A stretch of 64,000 nucleotides of DNA. Source: Octopus sinensis. Its lineage: Eukaryota. The position numbers were made by a program, and so were the translations under genes. This document shows, piece after piece, positions 25,808 through 39,559 of this stretch. The DNA lies in assembly GCF_006345805.1 (NCBI RefSeq), contig NC_042999.1, positions 126,480,001-126,544,000 of the forward strand, given 5' to 3'. Position 1 is the stretch's first letter; every line of letters starts with the position of its first letter. The notes under the pieces were generated by a model. It searched no databases and was not told the origin of the DNA. It was given only the letters and a program-made list of their open reading frames with translations.

Positions 25808-27274
25808 ATGTATGTATGTATGTATGTATGTATGTATGTATGTATGTATGTATGGATATGTTTGTATGTATATATCTATGGTGTGTGTCTTTGTGTTTGT
25901 GTGTGCCACCCACCACCACATGACAACCACTGTTGGTTTTCTTACGTCCCAATAATTTAGCAGTTCAGCATAAAAGACCAACAGAATAAGTACCAAGCTT
26001 AAAAAAAGTAAATACTGGGGTTGATTCATTCAACTAAAACCCTTCAAAGTGAAGCCACAGCCCAAAGACAGAAACAAGTAAGAAATAGAAAATAAATGAT
26101 ACTTCAGACATTTGGTTTTGATCCACAAACATATCAATACTTTGGCTCATTCATACAAGACTTTCCTATTCCAACTTTCTCTAAGAAACTGGTTTTATAT
26201 AAATAAACTAAATACCAGTTTATTTGAGGAAAAATTTAAAACAAGTTATGATGCAAAATATAGAATGCATTATCATGAATTTGTGGAAAATAGACCTTAG
26301 TAGAAAAGGAAATCTTATCTTTATTTAGAATTTAGAATCTAATTATTTGTTTCAAATTTTGGCACAAGGCCAGCAATTTTAGAGACAGGGTGAGTTGATC
26401 ACATCAACCTCAATGCAAAACTGTTACTTGTTTTATTAACTCTGAAAGGATAAAAGGCAAAGTTGAGCTTCGTGGAATTTGAACTCAGAACGTAGGGTTT
26501 TATGAAATGCTGCTAAGCATTTGCCCGGTGTGCTAATGATTCTGCCAGTTTGCTGCCTTAATTTTGAATCTAATAACCATTTGCTTTAAATCCGAGATAA
26601 CATGTTTCTCTAATGTACTTGACTAAATGTGATGGAGTAACAAAAATAGCAAAAATGGCAAAATGAACTTCTCAGTAGTGAGCTCTACTCTTCTATATTC
26701 TGAGTTCAAATCCTGACATGATAAAAGTTTTGTATTTCATCCCATCAAGCCTAATGAAATAAGTACCAGCCATGAACTTGGATCATTCCCATCAACTGCA
26801 CCTCATCCAAGTTACAAATTTATAGCCTTTTGCAAATGTAAAAAAAAAAGAAGAAAAATCAATATGTTGCATATCAGAAATACTAACTAGTCTAATGCCA
26901 CTCTTGTTTTGGCAAACAGAGCAGTAAATGTTCATTATGTTTCTTCATCATCATCATCAGCAGCAGCAGCATTATAATCAACATCTGTGTTCCCATGGCA
27001 ACAAAGGCTGAATATGACAGCAAATTCAATTATTTGCATTGGCTTGTTAGAACAAATACATTAATTGCACATCCATCTGGGCGGTGGATGACAAAATCAG
27101 TGGTATTGAAAGATATATTTTGTGGTACTTGGTTATATCTCATCTCATAATGAGCTCTGAGTTCAAATTCCACCCGGACCAATTTGACTTTCCATCCATC
27201 AAATGTCAATGAAATAAATTGTGGCTGAGTACTATCATTCATATAATCAACTATTAATGTATCTTTGAAGGTTT

Positions 27275-27500
27275 AAGGTGGTGAGCTGGCAGAAATGTTA
27301 CTGCACTGGACAAAATGCTTAGTGGCATTTCTTCCAACTTTATGTTCTGAGTTCAAATGCTGCCAGGGTCAACTTTGTCTTTCATCCTTTTGGGGTCGAT
27401 AAAAAAATAAGTACCAGTTGAGCACTAGGGTCAATGCAATCGATTTATCCACTCCCCCAAAATTGCTGGCCTTGTGCCAAAAGTTGAAACCAGTATATTC
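27275..27500 (+). mobile_element. Octopus-type SINE, family B
   Basis: GGTGGTGAGCTGGCAGAA...GAGTTCAAAT...GACTTTGCCTTTCATCCTTT...AAGTACCAG...TGTGCCAAAA. Further copies at ~5770-5990, 18310-18500, 23170-23390, 26350-26560, 27570-27720, 33650-33870 and 55300-55910. Confidence 0.8.
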
Positions 27501-27730
27501 TTGTAGGTGATCTCCTAGTAAGAATTGAAACCAGTAAAAGAATAAAAGTATATCTTTTCTAATTTTGACACAAGGCCACTAGTTTTAGGGGAAGTGAATT
27601 ACTCAGTTACATTGACCCCAGTGCTTAACTGGTACTTTGTTTTATCAGCCCTGAAAGGATGAAAGGCAATGTTGATATCAGTAGCATTTGAATTCAGAAT
27701 GCAAAGAGCCAGAAGAAATGCTGCTACACC

Positions 27731-27768
<38 letters not shown>

Positions 27769-29289
27769 TATACACATATAGTGTATATGGGGGTTTGTAA
27801 TCCAATATGTCCCCTCATGAAGCACATATGCATGTTCACATTAATCCAATATATGTACATATATAAACGTTTTATTTTCAATGAGATATAAATTGCAATT
27901 GAGATTTTTGGTGGGTGTTATTTGCATAGTTAATTACAAATCAAAATAGAAGACTAGAAAAAATTGGTGTATTTTTAATTCCATCTTACACGTGTTTCAT
28001 TACAGGGTTGGAATTACAATCATATATGTAGGAAAAATAATGTATTGAATCTTCTAATCATAACTTATCAGATAAAGATTAAAAACCAATACACACACAG
28101 ATATAGATATAGATACAGACAGATATATATATATATATAGGTGCAGGCATGGCTGTGTGGGCATGAAACTTGCTTCCCAACCACATGGCTAAGGGTTCTG
28201 CAAAGCTGAATGACACCTTGGGCAAGTGTCATCTATTATAGCCCTGAATCACTCAAAGCCATGTGAGTAGATTTGATAGATAGAGACTAAAACAAGCCCT
28301 TCATATGCATATTTATATATGTGGGTGAACCTTTCATTTGATATTATGTGATAGTTATAAACAAGTATCACAGTCATAATGAGTGATGTTTATTTTCAGT
28401 CATCTGTCAAAAACATATCTGGCCATGGGAAAAATAGTACCATCCTTGGAAACAAGTGTGGACTGACAACATAAAAGGTATCTGGCTGTTGAAATTTTGT
28501 CTCATTGAAGTGAATGACTCGGTCATTCAGTTGAATGAATAAATGGATGCTCATACATCAGATTATTAATGATAAGGATTCAGTTTTTTGATTAATAATT
28601 AACAGGAATCAGAAATACTTAGATCAAGAAGAAGCAGAAATAAAGACATTTGCCTCTGATCTACAATGTGAGGATCAGACAAGTGAGATATTCTAAACTG
28701 CGTGACAGTGAACCAGAGAAAAGCAGGATGTCAATGCAGAAGAGTGTATCTAGAATGATAGAGTCACATTTGCTCTTGCTACTGATGAAAAGAAATAAGC
28801 ATGGGGAATCTCAGATGCTTTGCAGGGAGAATGTACACAACATACCCAGAAACATGATGTCATTATGGGCTCTTACATGATAGCAAACATTGAAAACAGA
28901 CCCTAAGCAGTAGTAATTCACATTGCAAACCAGACAAAACAATTGTTTGCTGTTACACTCTGTGAATGTGAAATTGACAATGAATGAGTACAAAAACAAT
29001 ATATCAGAAGACAGTCTGATTGAAACTAGAAAACAAGATGATAATGTGTACATGGAATTTTGCTGCAGTATGTACAACCAAGTACTCTGTGACTTATCCA
29101 GTAGAGTCCAGGTATTGACTAGCACATTCATTAACTGTGTGTGGGGTACCAAAGACAGATGAAGAAATGGAAATAATATGTGAAATCTTTTAGGAAACAA
29201 ATTATGATATTCAAGCTTTGGGTCTGTATGTGAATGAATATGGTGCTCTATTGGTGGATAACTAATAGCATTCTTAACCCAGCATCATG

Positions 29290-29750
29290 AAAAGCATAGA
29301 AAATGGTAAAGAAGAATACTTCATTGATGTTCTTGATGGTACAAGCAAAACATTCTTACTTGCAAAAATATACCAAAAGCAGCATATTCCTTTGCATTGC
29401 AGCAAAGTGCCTGGGCAGTGAAAAACTGCACACTCCATGTTTAAACTACCTCTAGACCTCACACAACATAGTTTTATGCTATAACAAGAAGGCACCCAAG
29501 TGCAGGTTCTTGCAAAGATGTGAGTTGATTGTGTGGAATAAAATAACTATGAGTTAGAAATGAGCTGATGAAGTCTTGGATTGAACAATGCAGGATCTGA
29601 GAGACAATGCATGAATAATGGGAAAAATTACCATTGTTCTTACTAGTAATTTCACACAAACTCTATCTCTACTTGCTCAAGGAACCTGAATTCATGAGAT
29701 AAACACCTGTCTGAAAATCTCTTATCTTTGGCCCTCCATCATTGATTGAG
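29290..29750 (+). pseudogene. Helitron PIF1-like helicase remnant
   Basis: Broken-frame peptides FIDV..GTSKTFLL (Walker A remnant), KTAHSMFKLPL, LIVW....M, QDLRD, NFTQTL, CLK.S.LW, matching Helitron helicase motif order. Confidence 0.8.
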
Positions 29751-30792
29751 CTTTATCACCAATAAGTGTCAGTATCTGATGGTTTCTAATGTTGTTGGTG
29801 AGTTTTCTCCTCAGCTGAAGGGTAGGCAGTATAACTTTTGGCAGGTGAAAATGAAGTTGGATACTTTTTGAATGCCCCTCACACACACACATACACACAC
29901 ATACAAAGAGAGAGGGAGAGAGAGGAGGAGTGATGGTATTGTAGTGAATAAACTGCTAAGGTAAAGCTTAGTCCCAGTCAACTCTAACTTGATGGACAAA
30001 TTTGATTAGAAAGCATCAGTAAATGTTTTGTTGTTTTCTAAAATTTTCCTTGATTAACAACATTAAATATTACATCTGTATGTTACACACACACTCTCTC
30101 TCTCTTACACATACACACACATATGGATTACCTTGGCAACATTAGATATATTAATTTGACTGATATTTTCTTTATGTAAGTATGTTGATACAACAGAAAT
30201 GATTGTCAGTATTGTATGGTATAATCACCAATTAAAGATGTAATTTTCTCCATTCTTATTTTTATTGACGTTTGCTGCTTCATCAAATTATGCTACCCAA
30301 ACCCCAAAAGAATATTTTTCTCCATTTTCTGACCACCCTAACTCTGGCACCCCATCTCTCTCTCTCTGCCTCACTCTGTCTGTCTGTCTCGCTCTCTCTC
30401 TCTCGGCCTCACTCTGTCTGTCTCTCTCTTTCTCTCTTTCGATTACCACTTGCTTTGCAAAAGCTTCCTCCACCACCACCACCACCACCCTATATAAACT
30501 AGAACACACACTCGGATTCCCCTACTCAATTTTTAATACCTCCGCTGAAAGAATACGTATCCAGAAGATGCTCTTGTCTGAATTTGCTACTTCGCGGTAC
30601 ACCCACCCTCCCACCCCCTCCACCTGTACCGGAAGTTCCTATCCTCTGTCATTCTTTGGTTGTCTCCCACGAATACTTCTAAAGGCTTCTAACCACACAG
30701 CCAAGCCTGCACCTATATATAATATATATATATATATTATATATATATATATAATATATATATAATATATAATATATATATATATAATATAT

Positions 30793-30848
<56 letters not shown>

Positions 30849-31470
30849 GGTGATTGTCGTACGCTGAGGACAGATCAATACCTAGAAACTGCAGTCCATG
30901 CGTATCACTTAGGTTGACGAGGGAAGGATGACCTCCCTTTGCAAATACCATAAGGGCACAGAAAGTGTGCCTAAAGCCAGCTGGAGACGATGTTCTCCTG
31001 GGGCTACAAGCTACAGTAACACCCACCCTTAGTGGTTAGCCATATTGAGATGGCAAGTATACCTCACATTGTCGTACAGTTACTGTTTATACCTCGTTCA
31101 GAGATTTATTATTGCTTATATATATATATATATATATAGTACCTTTCAATCATTGGCCAATAAACTGTGCTTGCAAAGACCTGTGCCGAGCCAAGTGAAG
31201 TTATTGTTGTTGTTGATGCCAGTACCACCATTCAAGCATGGTCGATGCCAGTACCGCCCGATTGGCCATCATGCCGGTGGCACATAAAAAGCACCCACTA
31301 CACTCTTGGAGCGGTTGGTGTTAGGAAGGGCCTCCAGCAGTAGAAACTTTGCCAGATCAGATTGGAGCCTAGTACAGCCTTCTGGCTTGCCAGTCCTCAG
31401 TCAAACCATCCACCCCATGACAGCATGGAAAGCAGACACTAAACGACGACGATGATGATGATGATACATA

Positions 31471-32340
31471 CAGAGTGCGGTGAATAAACTGTCGTTTAAA
31501 TTATGCAAAAATAAAAATAACACTGACATTTCATTTTAACCGATAAATTTACCAAAGTTACATAAAAATATCTTGAAATATTAAAGAGTAAATTTATTCA
31601 GTAAAATTGCCATTGGCTTCTACCATGGGCTCCAAACAACTTTAGAATCTCCTACAATTCTTCTCAACTGTCTCCTTGTTTAAGTTGGTGAATGCTGCCA
31701 TAATTTTTGCCTTCAGTTCATCTTTGGTGTTACAAAGAGTTTTGTTGGTCTCTCACTTAACTGCACTCCACACATAATAATCAAGGAGGTTGCAGTCTGG
31801 GGAGTTAGGTGGCCAGATGCTAGGGGTGATGTGGTTGCAGAAATTGTCCGACAGCTGTGACTGGGTTCTCCTGCTTGTGTGGCATGGTGCAGAATCTTGT
31901 TTCCAGACATAGGGTCATCCAGCAGCCACTCTCTTGACCCAGGGCAGCACTACCTCTTCCAGGCACTTGATGTAGCTCCCTTATGAGTCTGAGGCCATGT
32001 GAGAAGATGAACGGAGGCATAACATTGCCATCACTAGTGATCACTCCAAACACCATGATGTTGATTAGGTGTTTGATTTTTAACACTCCCAGCACATGCC
32101 CTCAGATTGACACCCAAAAACTCTGAAATGTTCATATCAGAGATTCTGGCATGAATGCCAAGCAGTAGAGTATGTTGTTTCTAAATTTCTGGCATAATGA
32201 ATTGTATCATGTTGCTGTTTTTCTCACAGATGGTGCACAACTAACCTACTATTCTGCGTAGTCAACAAAGTCAAAAACAAACAAGTTGCATGCCCAAAAA
32301 TAAAAATGTAAAATTGCGACAATTTACCCATCGCACCCAG
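31471..32340 (-). mobile_element. Internally deleted Tc1/mariner DD37D (maT-type) DNA transposon
   Basis: TA on both flanks; imperfect ~24-bp TIRs (CAGAGTGCGGTGAATAAACTGTCG / CTGGGTGCGATGGGTAAATTGTCG). Peptide QDSAPCH...WPPNSPDCNLLDYYVW has exactly 37 residues between the two catalytic Asp. Confidence 0.9.
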
Positions 32341-32731
32341 TATGTATAAATATATATATATTGATAAAAATGGTAAGACAACAAAAGAATGAAAGAGACC
32401 TCGATATTATGTAAATAGAGGAATTTATCTGTAAATGTAATATGTGACAATTATTCGGTAGCCATGATAAAACTCCAAGTATCTGATGCCAAGGTGGAAA
32501 TCCACACCGCCATCTCTTCAGTTATCCAGCCATCAGAAAAATACTATGAAAAAAAAAATATATAATATATATTTGTTCACATGCTTTTCCTTGAATTTGC
32601 CTGAGTAGTTAGTGTTAGGAAGGACATCCAACTGTAGAAAACCATGCTAAATCAGACTGGAGTCTGGTGTAGCCTTCCAGCATGCCAGCATGGACAATGG
32701 GCATTGAATGATGATGATGATGATGTTGATG

Positions 32732-32837
<106 letters not shown>

Positions 32838-32974
32838 AAGTATGGCGGGGTTTAGTTCACTGGTGATCTAAATGATTAGGTATGCTAGGTAAGTGCTGTA
32901 ACAGATTACTAGAGCTCCGCGATTATAGTTGAGACAGTAGCTATGGAGCCATTGCAATTTTTCGATGCAGCGGG

Positions 32975-33565
32975 TATATAATTATTAAAGAGAACAACAA
33001 GCATTAAGGCAAGGTAAACATCTCAAATCATATACATTATTATTACTGGAAAAAATTCAAAGTCTTACAGCTGTTTCTGGGATATCCCAGAGTACGGGAT
33101 ATTCTATCATCGGAGACAAATAGGGAAAATGAGAAAGGTATATATTAATGAAATGATGACATAGAGGAAGGGAGTAAAAGACTAAAGAGTTGAAGAGAGA
33201 GAAGAAAAAAGAAGCATAAAAGTTCACACTTCAATTTTCCGATGTTCGCATTTTTTTTCTGGATGTTTACATAGATCTATACAGGATTACACCTAAGTCC
33301 TTGTTTTTACAACATTGGAACGTTGAACTGTGAACTTTTATGCTTCTTTCGTTCTCTTTCTCTTCATCTCCTTATTCCTTTACCCCTTTCCTCTATGTCA
33401 TCATTTCATTAATATATACCCTTCTCATTTTCCCCATTTGTCTCTGCTGACGGAATATCCCAGAAACAGCTGTAAGACTTTGAATGTTTTCCAGTAATAA
33501 TAATGTATATGACTTGAGATGTTTGCCCTGCCTTAACGTTTGTTGTCCTCTTTAACAATTATATA
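32975..33565. repeat. ~590-bp imperfect palindrome of pseudo-LTRs, each arm with a hammerhead carrying one core mutation
   Basis: Arms ~32975-33246 and ~33311-33565; hammerheads at 33062-33117 (-) and 33440-33478 (+). Confidence 0.85.
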
Positions 33566-33910
33566 TATATATATATTAATCTATATATTAATATATAGAT
33601 AACAGTTTTTGTGATGTCATTGCAGTTTTATTAGTAAATTACATATGGTGGCAAGCTTGCAGAATCGTTAGCATGCTGGGTTAGCATGCTTAGCAGTTTT
33701 TTGTCTGCTGCTACATTCTGAGTTCAAACTCCGCTGAGGTTGACTTTGTCTTTCATCCTTTCAGGGTTGATAAATTAAGTACCAGTGAAACACTGGGGTC
33801 GATGTAATCAACCAGTCACCCTACCCCACAATTTCAGGCCTTGTGCCTTTAGTAGAAAGGATTAATAAAGTATATGATATATAATATATATATATAAGTG
33901 TGTGTGTGTA

Positions 33911-33978
<68 letters not shown>

Positions 33979-33979
33979 C

Positions 33980-34031
<52 letters not shown>

Positions 34032-34035
34032 ATGG

Positions 34036-35000
34036 GCCGTGACTGCTGAGGACATGCGTAAGCTCGCGAGGAATGAAGCCAGTATGCTCCGATGGATGTG
34101 TAATGTCAGTGTGCATGCTCGACAGAGCGTTAGTACCCTGAGAGAAATGTTGGACCTAAGGAGCATCAGTTGTGGTGTGCAAGAGAGACGATTGCGCTGG
34201 TATGGTCATGTGGCAAGAATGGATGAAGATAGGTGTGTGAAAAAGTGCCAATCCCTAACAGTGGAGGGAACCCGTGGAAGAGGTAGACCCAGGAAAACTT
34301 GGGACGAGGTGGTGAAGCACAACCTTCGAACTTTAGGTCTCACTGAGGAAATGACCAGCGACCGAGACCTTTGGAAATATGCTGTGCGTGAAAAGACCAG
34401 GCAGGACAAGTATGTCCAGCCCACTTATGCATGCCTTTCCTCCCTTGGACACAGAAAGACCTGTTGAGGCAAGCGAAGTCAATATCGAACCTCATCCGAC
34501 GCCAGGCACCTATACCTACCCCACTTTGCTTGCAAAGACCTGTTGGGGCAAGTGAAATCGGAATCGAAATTGAACCAATCCTATGACTGGCACCCGGCAG
34601 ATGCCAGGACACCTGGACTGGAGATACGTAAAAAGCACAATCCAAATCGTGGCCGATGCCAGCGCCGCCTTGACTGGCTTCCGTGTCGGTGGCACGTAAA
34701 AAGCACCATCCGAATCGTGGTCAAAGCCAGTGCCGCCTCGACTGGCTTCCGTGCAGGTGGCACGTAAAATGCACCAATCCGACCGTGGCCGATGCCAGCC
34801 TCGCCTGGCACCAGTGCAGGTGGCACGTAAAAAGCACCCACTACACTCACGGAGTGGTTGGCGTTAGGAAGGGCATCCAGCTGTAGAAACATTGCCAGAT
34901 AAGACCGGAGCCTGGTGCAGCCTTCTGGCTTCCCAGATCCCCAGTCAAACCGTCCAACCCATGCTAGCATGGAGAACGGACGTTAAACGATGATGATGAT
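34036..35000 (+). mobile_element. RTE LINE 3' end (RT C-terminus, 3' UTR, (GAT)n tail) inside a (TA)n tract
   Basis: ORF 34039-34467 is near-identical to the C-terminus of the 57284-59014 RT; same 3' UTR and tail. Confidence 0.92.
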
Positions 35001-35001
35001 G

Positions 35002-35127
<126 letters not shown>

Positions 35128-35620
35128 CATACATATATATATATCATATCCCACAAAGATAAGAAAGCCTTCTTTTTTCTGTCGAGGGCTTATACGCCCC
35201 TTTATTAGACTGTTTTCCTTTCTCAATGCACGGTGATTGTCCTAAGCCTTAAGCTTATATAAAAGTACCATTATTATTAATTACAGGACTGTAAATCACA
35301 GAGCTATAATAAAAACCATTCGCACCAATATATATATATATATAATATATATATAATATACATATATATATATTTATCATATACACATATACAATATATA
35401 TATTCTTTTGTATTCTATTTTTGTTTTTACTTCCCGTTGTTATGTGGGTGTGATCGGTGCACCACCTTTAGTAAAACAAATCAACCCTAGGACTTATGGT
35501 TTGTAAGCCTAGTACTTATTCTATTGGTCTCTTTTGCCAAACAGCTAAGTAAACACACCAACATCGGTTGTCAAGTAATGATGGAGGACAAATGCAGACA
35601 CATACATATATAATATATTA

Positions 35621-35669
<49 letters not shown>

Positions 35670-35702
35670 TATATATAATATAATATATATATATAAATAT
35701 AA

Positions 35703-35863
35703 GGCGTAGGAGTGGCTGTGTGGAAGTAGCGTGCTTACCAACCACATGGTTCCGTGTTCAGTCCCACTGTGTGGCACCTTGGGCAAATGTTTTCGGGCTG
35801 ACCAAAGTCCTGTGAGTGGATTTGGTAGATGGAAACTGAAAGAAGCCCGTCGTATATGTGTGT

Positions 35864-35900
<37 letters not shown>

Positions 35901-36110
35901 TGTGTGTCTGTGTTTGTCCCCTCAACATCGCTTGACAACCGATGCTGGTGTGTTTACGTCCCCGTAACTTAGCGGTTCGGTAAAAGAGACCGATAGAATA
36001 AGTACTAGGCTTACAAAGAATAAGTCCTGAGGTCGATTTGCTCGACTAAAGGCGGTGCTCCAGTATGGCCACAGTCAAATGACTGAAACAAGTTAAAGAG
36101 TAGAAGAATA
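35703..36110 (+). mobile_element. SINE family A, full length, head-to-head with a partial reverse copy at ~35440-35600
   Basis: Same consensus as above. Confidence 0.85.
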
Positions 36111-36161
<51 letters not shown>

Positions 36162-36187
36162 TACATATACATATATATATAATATAC

Positions 36188-36244
<57 letters not shown>

Positions 36245-36429
36245 CATACATACATATATAATATATATACATATATATGCATATATAATATATATATATT
36301 ATATATATATGCTTACACACGCAAATATCAGTAACGAAATTTCTGACATATATTTTCGCATGTGCACAATTTTTTCCCGGAAAATACACTTTATGGAAAA
36401 CATACTGGAAAAAAAAAAAAAAAATGATA

Positions 36430-36768
36430 CGCATAGTGTAAATCATAGTTGTGCTTATCTATACGCACATACACCGTAAAGCGGATAATAGATGTGCGGA
36501 CTCATGCTTCGGGTTACTTTCTTTTTCACCGCCGTACTGAAAGTGAGCATCGTGAGTGTGTAGTGTGATAATAATGAGTAGCGTATATACAGTACGAAGG
36601 CAGCGTTAATAATTTGTGTAAGCGTTGTTGATGTAAAAGAAAATAATATCCATGTCGAAGAAATGATCCAGTGAGGTTAGGAGATGCGTGCATTTTCCCC
36701 CGGATCCATGCCGTATTCACACAGAAGCCAATCCAGATATTATATGGACTCGTATCGTCTACACTAAG
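36430..36768 (+). promoter_or_regulatory. Putative FBXO45 promoter/5' UTR region
   Basis: Repeat-free, CpG-retaining sequence immediately upstream of the ATG. No TSS can be pinned down; positional inference only. Confidence 0.4.
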
Positions 36769-37341
36769 ATGGCTGCCGCCAGGTTACCTCCAGTAGTTCT
36801 CGAAGTGGTCTTTTCTTATTTAGACATATCTGACTTGCGATATTGTTCGTTAGTCTGCAAAAGCTGGTACAGATTTCTTAACGATGAAAACAATGACGTT
36901 TGGAGGTTTCATTGTGTGAGAAAATTAGCAGAAGATGCACTTAAATCGGATGTTTTATCTAATGTACCTACTTACAAAGCTAAATTACGAGCATTTTATC
37001 ACGCGTGGAACCCTAATGATTGCTCGCGAAACATTTATGTAAAACACAATGGATTTACATTACATCGGAACCCTATTGCACAGAGTACGGACGGAGCCCG
37101 GGGTAAGATCGGGTTTCGAACTGGGCGACACTGCTGGGAGGTATGGTGGGAAGGTCCCCTCGGAACTGTGGCTGTGATCGGACTTGCTACGAAAGAAGCT
37201 CCTATGCAGTGTCATGGATATGTTTCTTTATTAGGTAGCGATGACCAAAGCTGGGGATGGAATCTCGTGGACAATCTATTATTACATAATGGTGACAGTC
37301 AAGGAAACTATCCTTTGTTAAATAATGCTCCGAAATATCAG
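36769..37341 (+). CDS. FBXO45: F-box/SPRY domain protein FBXO45 (Fsn/FSN-1 ortholog), first coding exon (191 codons, phase-0 donor)
   Basis: Translation [19 protein letters not shown]...CSLVCKSW (F-box) followed by [37 protein letters not shown]...[10 protein letters not shown]...[10 protein letters not shown]...NNAPKYQ, which I recognise as FBXO45/Fsn SPRY sequence. ATG at 36769 in AAGATGG context; CAG|GTAAGT donor at 37341/37342. The C-terminal SPRY part (xGERIRVILD...AVYGNTEV) was not found in the window. Confidence 0.96.
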
Positions 37342-39065
37342 GTAAGTCAGTGCCAGTGATAGCATGCATGCTATATGTCTCAACTGTCGTCTGCACACAG
37401 CTAGGTTTCACATTGAATGTAGTGAAACAGCGATGCCAAGTAAGGTTACAAAAGATAAGTATAACTAAAATATTGTCGAATGCATAAAATAAGTTCAACC
37501 AAAATATCATATGAATCCCTTATCTATATTAACATGAACAGATTCTTTTCTTTCTTTCTTTTTTTTTACTGAAAGGAAACGAGTACATGATTTTTTTTTC
37601 TTTTACAAATATCTTCCATTCAATCAAACTACACCACATGAATTTTCTCAGTTAATCATTTTATTTAACCGAATAGCTATATTTATGTGATTTTATAAAT
37701 GTTTTTATAAAAATAATATACCACGAATGGTTTGCTCATTGTCTCATAGCAACATTATATCATAAGCATCATTCGATGGGTTTAGTTTTGTAATTACATT
37801 ATCGTTTCTTTCTGTATCATGCGTGAATGAGTTCAGTCCCTGTAGCCGCTGCGACTGTCATTGCATGAAAATTATCTATTCAAATTATCAGTTTTTACCT
37901 ATTTTTCTCATCGATGAACGGCTTGTATGAAGAGAAAATAATACAAAGAAGGGAATTATTAAAATTTTTAGTGAGGGTGTGGACATATTAAATGAGATAG
38001 GAAGGTCTTATCGTGTAAAATAACAGGAAATAACGAAGCAAGGCAGATTGTTGATCTCCATAATCATGTCACCTTTTATATACAGCGATAAAACCCTGCT
38101 TTGTTTTATCATAAATTTATTATTGGTTTAATTATAGAGTATTTGACAAAAAATAAATAGATAAATTGTGTAAGACCACTTTTTCTCTCCTCCATCTCCT
38201 GTTTCCCCTTACTATTATAATATATTTAATATTTTCTAAAGCATGTTTATAGAAACATGTTTATCGAAAGCATATGGTATTCTAAGTAACACTTAGTGGA
38301 TGTATATATGTATATGTAATGTGTATGTCTACTCATACACAAACACTTAGAAAAGACATATGCAGGTTGTATGTTCGCATCCTGTCACTGACTTCTTTTG
38401 GTGTCCTTGGAAAAGAAACACAACTCTTGACAGCACCCCGGCTCAGATCGAATTATTTTGTGCGTGCATTTTTGTATAGCATACAAAACTATACTTAAAA
38501 ATTTACACATAAATTGTATTATGTATGTATTCATGTATGCATTTACATATGTAAGCATAGCCTATATTTATATATATATACTCGCACGCACCACGTATAT
38601 TATGTGTGTATGTGTATATATTTATATATGTATGTATACGTGATGCACACGTATGTTGGTTTATGTTGCAGGAGTGAGAAAGTGCTCTAAACATGTAGAG
38701 AATATGGGTTATTTTTTAACTGAAAATGAAACTGAGGGTTTTAGTTTCAATAGTATATAAGTGTGAGTATGCTTATATATGTATATGCGAATATACGCAT
38801 GAATATATATACACACACGTGTGTGTACATTCATGTAGTCTGTGTAGTTAAGAAACTTGTTTCATAACCATGTGATTTCAGGTTCAGTCCCACTGTGCGG
38901 CATATAGTCCCAGGCTGGGCATAGACTTGTGAAGAGATTTGATAGACTGAAACTGAAAGAAGCTCGTCATATTATATATATATGTGTGTGTGTGTGTGTA
39001 TCTATATCTATATATATCATTTACAACCATTTAGACAAGGGTACACACACACATATATATGATGA

Positions 39066-39120
<55 letters not shown>

Positions 39121-39559
39121 TGTATAATATGTGTGTGTGTACTCTTGTCTAAGTGGTTGTAAATGAACATCACCATCATGAAAGCCATGTTGCTCGTTTC
39201 TAGTTTCCCATGAAAAACATGTCTAGTTATGGGGAAATATTAATTTGCTTCAAAACAGGTGAAAGTTGATGATAGGAAGAGCATCTGGCTGTAGAAAATC
39301 TGCTTTAAGAAGTTCCATCTGACCCATGAAAGCATGAAAAAAGTAGATCTTAAATGATAATTTTTTGTAAGTAAGAAAGAAGACAGGACACTGTACTCTC
39401 AGGAAAATGGCCTTGTTCAATATGCAGAAAAAGTGTAGGTATAAACTTTGTTTGCTGTATGCAATGTAAGCTATGGACACTCAAGAGATGTAGTGGAATC
39501 ATAGGTAGGCTACACGAGAATATAAACTTCAGATGTGATGTTGAAGCACACCTGAAATA

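Noticed and set aside
30535-30590. CTGAAAGA-ATACGTAT-CCAGAAG pseudo-LTR-like motif
   Set aside because: Too degenerate to fold into a hammerhead
36688-36768. Upstream in-frame extension of FBXO45 starting at GTG
   Set aside because: Homology to the family begins at the ATG at 36769; non-ATG starts in the track are bacterial-style calls
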